Assembly: GCF_009914755.1 (NCBI RefSeq)
Contig: NC_060935.1
DNA from: the human T2T-CHM13v2.0 reference genome, Homo sapiens
Length of the DNA: 64,000 nt
Strand: one strand, 5' to 3'
A model generated the notes under the pieces. That model was not told the DNA's origin and made no database searches. It worked only from the letters and a program-made list of their open reading frames with translations. The position numbers were made by a program, and so were the translations under genes. Below, piece by piece: positions 52,431 through 64,000 of this stretch (positions are counted from its first letter, which is position 1; each line of letters begins with the position of its first letter).

Positions 52431-55400
52431 CTAGGCAACAGAGCAAGATTTTGTCTCTGAAAAGAAATAAACAAACAGGCTGGACATGGTGGCTCATGCC
52501 TGTAATCTCAGCATTTTGGGAGGCTGAGGTGTGTGGATCACTTAAGGTCCGGAGTTCGAGACTAGCCTGGCCAGCATGGTGAAACCCCATCTCTACTAAA
52601 AATACAAAAGTTAGCTGGGCGTGGTGGCGAGTGTCAGCTACTCAGGAGGCTCAGGTAGGAGAATCGCTTTGAACCCAGGAGGTGGAGGTTGCAGCGAGCT
52701 GAGATTGTGCCACTGCACTCCAGCCTGGGTGGCAGAGACTCCGTCCCCCCCCCCAAAAAAAAAAAGGAAGGAGGAACATCAGGAAGATGGGGCGTGTGGA
52801 GACCCCGGGCCTGCCGCCCCTTGATACACCCCACGCTCTCTGCCCGCCTGGTCTCCAGCCACGGCTGCCACAATCAGCTTCCCACTGGTGACACTTGACA
52901 GCCCCTGCCTCAGAACACCTGTGGCTATCAGTTTCTGCCCTGAGGCCTCTCTAGCACAGATCACCTGCTGGAACCTCCCTGGTGGTCTCAGATGAGACCT
53001 GGAGTGCAGGGCGTCAGCAGTCATGAGCCCTTGAGTGATGGGGTGGGAGGCAGGACATACAGTCCCCTCTCCTCTGTCCCACCTGGCTCCTCAGAAGTCC
53101 CTAGATGCCAGCCCGATGACGCACCTCGGAGGGGCTCGTCCTCCTGCCCTGTCCCACTCTCCATCATCTTCCACTCCCGTGCCCTGGAACCACTCCCCAA
53201 AACAAGCCACTGCATACAAGCCTCGTCTTGGGCTCTGCCTTTTGAGAGACCCAGCCTAAGACAGCAGGGGGTGATTATAGAAATAATTCTGGGTAGTTTT
53301 TCCAACACAGAGAGAGGGACTGACACCCTTTTTCCTGTGAACACTTATTGACAGTCTTCCTCCACATGGAGAAGTAGATAAAACGCAAGCTCCAAAGCGC
53401 GGGGACTTTGTCTTCTTCCCTCTGCGTCCCCAGTGCCTTCAGCCATGCCTGGCACATAGTAGGTGCCCAGGAAACATGTGTTCAAGGAGGAAGGTGGGGG
53501 GCGGTGCAGCTCTGCTGCTCTGGGTCCCCTCCAGGCTGAAGCTGCATGTCTCTTTCTTTAGGGGAGCTGTCCTCGCTTCTGCACTCTTTGGTGTTGCCTC
53601 AGGAGGGTGCTAGAACCTTGGAGACTGGGTCTGGGACAGGCAGGACTGGGTCTGAGATGGATGATGCCTGGGGCTTAGCCTGGAGGGGAGGGGCAAGGTG
53701 GGTGGGTCCCCTGGTGGGTATCCTAAGACACGTGTTGGGAGCAGGGAGGAAAAAGCCTCCTCTGGGCCTGACTCCTGAGGCCGGGTGCTTCTCCCACTCT
53801 GGGATGAAGCTCATTGGCCCCTGGTAGGTGTGGGAAGGCTCTCGGGGGTGCTTTGGGATTGAACCCAGAGCATGTTAGCGCCCTCAGTCCCTGGAGCCAG
53901 TCTTGGCGGGGGCGGAGATCCTGGCAGCAGAACTGGCATTTGGAAATATCCGGGAGAGGACCAGAGGTATGGGGCCTGAGCTCAGCCCAGGGGACTCTGA
54001 GCCCCCACCCTCTGCAGAGTCCCCTCAGGCAGGAGGAGGGGAAGCCGAGGGTCTCCTTCGGGAAGGTTCAGCAGGATGGGGCCATGCAGCCCCAGGGGAT
54101 CAGGCAGGCAGAGTATGAGTGACTGCTGCTGGCACTTACCATGCACTCGCTGTGCGTGAAGCATCGTCTCGTTGAACCCTTCAGCTTGTCCTCACTGCAA
54201 GTGAGGAAAGGGAGCATGAGGTTGCAAGTAGCATGGCCAAGGTTGCAGAGGGTGAGGGAGGAGCCAGGAATTGATCCCAGACTGCCCGGCCTAGAGGCTG
54301 CGCTCTCGCCCCTGAGGCCATGGATGGAAGATGATATTGTAAGTGCCGCGAGGGCAGGGCGCTTATCTTCTTTATCGCTTGATTCGTTGAAGAGCTGTTC
54401 TGCTAACTGCATCTTTCCGGGCTTTCAGGAAAGCAGGCAGGACACTGGCCGCCAGCCCTGGAGAGTCAGTGCAGAGGTGAGGGTTTGTCTATCTGGATGA
54501 CAAGGTGACTTTCAGATGCAGTCTGAAGGAATGTGACTGTCAGCGGGGTCCGAGGCTGTCCCCACCATCCCCGAAGCACCGTCAACACTGGCATCCTGGC
54601 ACCGAGTGGACACACCCTGGAAAAGGCTCACTGCCACCCATGGGCCCTGCTCCAGCAAGGACAGAAGATGAACTGGGCTTCCAGTTACTCTGGGGGGTTT
54701 AGGGAGGATGACTCTGAGTGCTAAGCCACTAAATGCAGCCCCAGTTAGTCAGGTTTGGCTGGGACACCACAAATGATGTGGGCAAAGGCCTGGAGCACTG
54801 GCCATCCAGCCCCCACGCCGGTAGCTGTCTCTGGAAAAGTGTTGGACTGAAGCCCAAGCCTGCTTCCGTGCCCTGCTGAGCTGGGCAGTCAACCCCGGCT
54901 TAGCTTTTGCTGCCCTGACGGAGCCCCAGCCCTTGGTCAGGCTGCACATGGCAGCTTGGTGGGCACAGGGTAGCCGTGGATCAAGACCAAGAAAGGGACA
55001 GAGGCCAAGGGCTTTCCCAGCTTCAGTCCACCTGCTCGGGACAACTGGTGCTCCAAGCACCAAGTAGAGCTCCCAGCCCTGAGATGAGCGTCCTCAACTC
55101 CTTTCAGGGAAGCATGAACCCATGCCTGTGGCCCACCCATCCCTGCGCCTGGGCTCAGTGAGGCCACTGGGGCACCTTCACCTTGGATAAGAGTTCAGAA
55201 CTTTGAAGATTAAGCTGGACCAGATCTGCTCATCCTCACAGTACATTTCAGGAGCATCTCAATGGCTCCCACCCTGGCCTGGAACCCTCCTGTGCTGCCG
55301 AGATATCAGGGAGGCGCTGGGTACTGCAAGGGGAAGATGGCATTGCTATGGAGCCACTCTTGGTGAAGGTCGAATGGGTGACATTGGAAGTCTAGCTTTT

Positions 55401-55432
55401 CCTGAGGCTGGGGTCTGGACCTTGGTCTAGAT

Positions 55433-55961
<529 letters not shown>

Positions 55962-57735
55962 ATTTAGATGGTGAACTATCATGAGCTTTCGTTGCCCTCT
56001 CCGGTAGAAATATGGGAGAAACCACAGAGAGAAACAGAGATTTCAGGAAAACAGTAAAATTAAACAAATAAAGTGAGACGTAGCCCCTCCTGGAGGCTGC
56101 AGGCTGTGTTGAACCTGTGTGTGTCTGGGTGTACAGGGATGTGAGTAGATGCGCGTGGAGATGTGTGTGTGGGTGGAGACTGAGCGTGGCTGGAGGTGGC
56201 TGTGGTAGGATGCCAGAAGGAAGGAGTTTGCATTCAGTTCCTTTATTAGTACTCTCTGGAGTTGTTGAGGGGATGTCACTGCTGAACACTGACCCTGGTG
56301 CAGGCTAAACCGAAGTTAGCCTCTGCTACCCTCTGCTGGGTGAGGCACTGGGGAGAACAGTGGGACTGAATGGGGCGGGCTTTCTCCCTCCCACACTTCC
56401 CCTGGAAACACCCAGCACCAGCACATTAGAACATGGGGAGCCACCTTCCCCAGCGCTGCTTCCCAAGGTTCGGAAGGGGAAACTCTGACCTCAAGCTCTA
56501 TTTGAAGAGCGATAGCAAAGGGGAGAGGTTGGCTGTGGTTTGGTGGTGCTTATCTCCTTCCTTTGCTTTGAAACCACAGGCTGGCATACTACCCGAGAGA
56601 ATGACCAGTGCCACCAAGGGAAGGGCACAAGCTCACTGGTTCCAGGGGAGACATCTCAGGGGACAGGAACATCCCCTGACGCTGAATGAGTGCAGCACAC
56701 AGACGGAGAATACACACAAGAGAAATCATGAGGACATGAGAGAAGGCACTGGCAATAGGAAGTTACAAAAAGCAACAAAAAGAAAGAGTAGATATAAAAA
56801 CAATAATCGAAGAAAGCCAACAACAGATGGGATGAATCATACGAGGTATGCGACTCATGGATGAAGAGGTGAGTGATGAGATCAGCTGGGGAACTCTCTC
56901 CCAGGAAAGACAAACCAGAAGAAACACAAATGACATCGAAGTGGCCAGGCGCAGTGGCTCACGCCTGTAATCCCAGCACTTTGGGAGCCCGAGGCAGGTG
57001 GATCACTTGAGGTCAGGAGTTTGAGACCAGCCTGGCCAACATGATGAAACCCTGTCTCTACTAAAAATACAAAAATTAGCCAGGTGTGGTGGCAGGCACC
57101 TGTGATCCCAGCTACTCAGGAGGCTGGAGAATCACTTGAACCAGGAAGCAGAGATTGCAGTGAGCTGAGATGGTGCCAGTGCACTCCAGCCTGGGCAGTA
57201 GAGTGACAGCCTGTCTAAAAAAAAAAAAAGGCAGTAAAGTGATAGGAGGATAGATTAGAAGGGCCATTTTCCAGATAGTGCAAGGAAGAAAGAAGAAGAA
57301 GAAGAGGAGGAGGAGGAGGAAGAGGAAGAAGACGGAGAAGAGGGCATCTCAGAAGAAACAATGGAGATACATTTCTCAAAACTGAAGAAAGATGACCAAC
57401 CTCAGACCGAAGGGCCAAGAGGCCAAACCAGAGAGACAGCTTGGCAAGCCAGGAAGAGCACCAAAGCTAGACAATTAGAGTGAAATTAAAGAAAACCCAA
57501 GGTGACAAAAATTTAAAAAGCTTCCTTGTGACCTCAGTCCATTGGTGAAAATTTAAAAAAAAAAAAAAAAAAAAAGGACAGCCTGGGCAACATGGTGAAA
57601 CCCCATCTCTACAAAAAATACAAAAATTAGCTGGGTGTGGTGGCACATGCCTGTAGTCCCAGCTATTCGAGAGGCTAAGTAAGGCAGGAGGATCACTTGG
57701 GGCCAAGAGTTCCAGACCAGCTGCGGCAACATACA

Positions 57736-58700
57736 TGTTGTGGGAAGTCAGGCACCCCGAACGGAGGGACTGGCTGAAGCCATGGCAGAAGAACATAAAT
57801 TGTGAAGATTTCATGGACATTTATCACTTCCCCAATCAATACTCTTGTGATTTCCTATGCCTGTCTTTACTTTAATCTCTTAATCCTGTCATCTTCGTAA
57901 ACTGAGGATGTATGTCGCCTTAGGACCCTGTGATGACTGCGTTAACTGCACAAATTGTTTGTAGAGGACAATTGTTGTGTGTTTGAGCAATGTGAAATCT
58001 GGGCATCTTAAGAACAGGATAACAGCAATTTTCAGGGAACAAGGGAGATAACCTTAAAGTCTGGCTGCCTGTGGGCTGGGCAGGACAGAGCCATACTTCT
58101 CTTATTACCGCAAACAGGTAAGAGAAATATCGCTGAATTCTTTCCCCAGTAAGGAATATTAATAATTAACAGCCCTGAGAAAAGAATGCATTCCCAGGGC
58201 CGGGCCACTGAAATGGCCTCCCTGAGAGTGCCTGCCTTTATTCAGAAGTAGAAAGGGATGAAACACGCCCTAGTCTCCTGCAGCACCCCCAGACTTGATA
58301 GGATTAGGAAATTCCAGCCTGGCAAATTCTAGTCAGACCGGTTCTCTGCTCTTGAACCCTGACAGTGCGTGCACAGTGGGACCTGGAAGTTCATTAGTGA
58401 TTCTAGTTTCGCCGTGACCTTCTGCCCTGTGATCTTTTGTCGCCCTTGAAGTATGTGATCTCTGTGACCCACACCCTGTTCGTGCACTCCCTCCTCTTTG
58501 AAAATTGCTAATAAAAACTCGCTGGTTTTACGGCTCAGGGGGCATCACGGAACCTGCGGACATGTGATGTCTCCCCTGGACACCCGGCTTTAAAATGTCT
58601 CTCTTTTGTACTCTTTCCCTTTATTTCTCAGGCCAGCCGACACTTAGGGAAAATAGGAAAGGACCCACGTGAAATATTGGGGGCTGAATTTCCCCCGATA
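57736..58700 (+). mobile_element. MER11-type (HERVK11) solo LTR ~1.8 kb upstream of GSTP1
   Basis: TGTTGTGGGAAGTCAGGCACCCCGAACGGAGGGAC...GGGGGCTGAATTTCCCCCGATA. Confidence 0.88.
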
Positions 58701-58744
58701 ATAAGTCTCTTAAAAAAGACTTTTAAATGAAATTTCTTTGTTTT

Positions 58745-59698
58745 TTAACTTTTATTTCTGTTTTGGGGGTACATGTGAAGGTTTGTTACATAAGTAAACT
58801 CGTGTCTTCGGTGTTTGTTGTACAGAATATTTCATCACCCAGGTATTATGCCGAGTACCCAATAGTTCTCTTTTCTGCTCCTCTCCTTCCTCCCATCCTG
58901 CACCCTGGAGTCAACCACAGTGTCTGTTGTTTCCTTGTTTGTGTTATAAGTTCTCATCATTTAGCTCCCACTTACAAGTGAGAACATCCAGTATTTGGAT
59001 TTCTGTTCCTGCATTAGTTTGCTAAGGATAATAGCCTCTAGCTCCATCCATGTTCCCACAAAAGACATGATCTAGTTCTTTTTAATGGCTGCATTAAATG
59101 AAGTTTTAAAGATACAACATAAACACCAACCTCTTCCCCACCACAAAAATCCCTTGCTGAATTTGATTACACTTAAATTAACGAGTTTTGTTTCATGAAA
59201 GACTCCTTGGACAAACTTGACAGTTGATGGAATAGGAGAAGCTGTCTGTCATGTCTAAAGCCAACAAGAGATCAATATCTAGAATAAATGGAGATCTGCA
59301 AATCAACAGAAAGTAGGCAGCAAAGCCAAAGAAAATAGCCTAAGGCACAGCCACTAAAAGGAACGTGATCATGTCCTTTGCAGGGACATGGGTGGAGCTG
59401 GAAGCCGTTAGCCTCAGCAAACTCACACAGGAACAGAAAACCAGCGAGACCGCATGGTCTCACTTATAAGTGGGAGCTGAACAATGAGAACACATGGTCA
59501 CATGGCGGCGATCAACACACACTGGTGCCTGTTGAGCGGGGTGCTGGGGAGGGAGAGTACCAGGAAGAATAGCTAAGGGATACTGGGCTTAATACCTGGG
59601 TGATGGGATGATCTGTACAGCAAACCATCATGGCGCACACACCTATGTAACAAACCTGCACATCCTGCACATGTACCCCAGAACTTCAAATAAAAGTT
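58745..59698. mobile_element. Two L1PA-type 3' ends in inverted orientation (58745-59095 minus; ~59347-59698 plus)
   Basis: Both carry GATCATGTC.TTTG..GG.ACATGG.TGGAGCT and CTCACTT.TAAGTGGGAGCT; the plus copy ends TGTAACAAACCTGCACATCCTGCACATGTACCCC. Confidence 0.85.
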
Positions 59699-59765
59699 GG
59701 ACGGCCAGGCGTGGTGGCTCACGCCTGTAATCCCAGCACTTTGGGAAGCCGAGGCGTGCAGATCA

Positions 59766-59972
<207 letters not shown>

Positions 59973-59979
59973 CTACGTC

Positions 59980-60094
59980 ATAAAATAAAATAAAATAAAA
60001 TAAAATAAAATAAAATAAAATAAAATAATAAAATAAAATAAAATAAAATATAAAATAAAATAAAATAAAATAAAATAAAATAAAATAAAATAAA
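59980..60094. repeat. (ATAAA)n repeat at the GSTP1 CpG-island boundary, derived from an Alu tail
   Basis: About 23 ATAAA units with two interruptions, following the Alu at 59704. A known polymorphic GSTP1 promoter repeat. Confidence 0.95.
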
Positions 60095-60109
60095 GCAATT
60101 TCCTTTCCT

Positions 60110-60532
60110 CTAAGCGGCCTCCACCCCTCTCCCCTGCCCTGTGAAGCGGGTGTGCAAGCTCCGGGATCGCAGCGGTCTTAGGGAATTTCCCCCCGCGATG
60201 TCCCGGCGCGCCAGTTCGCTGCGCACACTTCGCTGCGGTCCTCTTCCTGCTGTCTGTTTACTCCCTAGGCCCCGCTGGGGACCTGGGAAAGAGGGAAAGG
60301 CTTCCCCGGCCAGCTGCGCGGCGACTCCGGGGACTCCAGGGCGCCCCTCTGCGGCCGACGCCCGGGGTGCAGCGGCCGCCGGGGCTGGGGCCGGCGGGAG
60401 TCCGCGGGACCCTCCAGAAGAGCGGCCGGCGCCGTGACTCAGCACTGGGGCGGAGCGGGGCGGGACCACCCTTATAAGGCTCGGAGGCCGCGAGGCCTTC
60501 GCTGGAGTTTCGCCGCCGCAGTCTTCGCCACC

Positions 60533-60533
<1 letters not shown>
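60110..60533 (+). promoter_or_regulatory. GSTP1: GSTP1 promoter, CpG island and exon 1 5' UTR
   Basis: NF-kB site GGGAATTTCC 60181-60190; AP-1/ARE TGACTCAGCA 60435-60444; GC boxes 60447-60466; TATAA 60473-60477; TSS near 60504. CpG-rich sequence continues to ~61260. Confidence 0.95.
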
Positions 60534-63267
<2,734 letters not shown>

Positions 63268-63321
63268 GGGTTGGGGGGACTCTGAGCGGGAGGCAGAGTT
63301 TGCCTTCCTTTCTCCAGGACC

Positions 63322-63327
63322 AATAAA
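63322..63327 (+). terminator. GSTP1: GSTP1 polyadenylation signal
   Basis: AATAAA 55 nt after the stop codon, followed by a GT-rich element (CTGTGTTT). Confidence 0.92.
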
Positions 63328-64000
63328 ATTTCTAAGAGAGCTACTATGAGCACTGTGTTTCCTGGGACGGGGCTTAGGGGTTCTCAGCCTCGAGGTCGGT
63401 GGGAGGGCAGAGCAGAGGACTAGAAAACAGCTCCTCCAGCACAGTCAGTGGCTTCCTGGAGCCCTCAGCCTGGCTGTGTTTACTGAACCTCACAAACTAG
63501 AAGAGGAAGAAAAAAAAAGAGAGAGAGAAACAAAGAGAAATAACCATGGTCACTGTCCTGGAGCACCACACAGTGTATATAGAAGGAGAAAAGTCTCATA
63601 GAAACATGCTTTCTAGGCACAGCACGTGCCTGTCAGATGGACAGACTCCAGGATGGAGGGAAATGAGGGATTCTGGGAAGGAGGGATGTGAGGAGTTCCC
63701 TGTCCTGGGGGATTAGCTGAGTAGCTCTGAGCAGCCCAGGTTGGTGGGAGGGTCATTCTGCTTGGATGGGGGCTTTCCTGGCTTCCTGCTGACTTGTGAG
63801 TTTTGGTGCATCCTAGGCAAGCAATGACACTACTGTATTAGGATTCTCCAGAGAAGCTAAGCCAGTAAGATGCTGTAGGGCAGGCAAAATTTTATCTCTG
63901 TCCTTTTAGGGTTTTTTGGCTGGGCCTGAGAACTAAAGACATGAGCAAGAGAAAAGCATTCAAATTTATCTAGGCTGGGCATAGTGGCTCATGCCTGTAA

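Noticed and set aside
52779-55430. GC-rich stretch with many short ORFs, considered as another GSTP relic or gene
   Set aside because: No GST-like peptide or coherent exon chain found; partly MIR/L2-like.

Overview
Human (or very close great-ape) genomic DNA, recognisable as the 11q13 interval from CABP2 to GSTP1. The left edge holds the start codon, 5' UTR and promoter of CABP2 on the minus strand, plus a candidate upstream alternative coding exon. The right end holds the complete 7-exon GSTP1 gene on the plus strand (210 codons, Ile105/Ala114 allele) with its CpG-island promoter and (ATAAA)n repeat. The ~57 kb between them is mostly transposon: roughly 70-80 Alus by eye, nested ERV1/ERVK/MaLR LTR elements, two decayed ERV1 proviruses, a two-LTR MST element, and L1/MIR relics. 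The main hidden feature, invisible in the ORF track, is an intron-containing Pi-class GST pseudogene at 15594-17332. It keeps relics of exons 5-7. Exon 7 is split by a MER51-type LTR with a CTGG target-site duplication, and exons 1-4 are lost at an AluY junction. Its residues suggest a second, older mammalian GSTP paralogue rather than a recent GSTP1 copy. Several local templated insertions and a fold-back duplication are also visible. Repeat subfamily names come from recalled consensus sequences and need RepeatMasker/Dfam confirmation.
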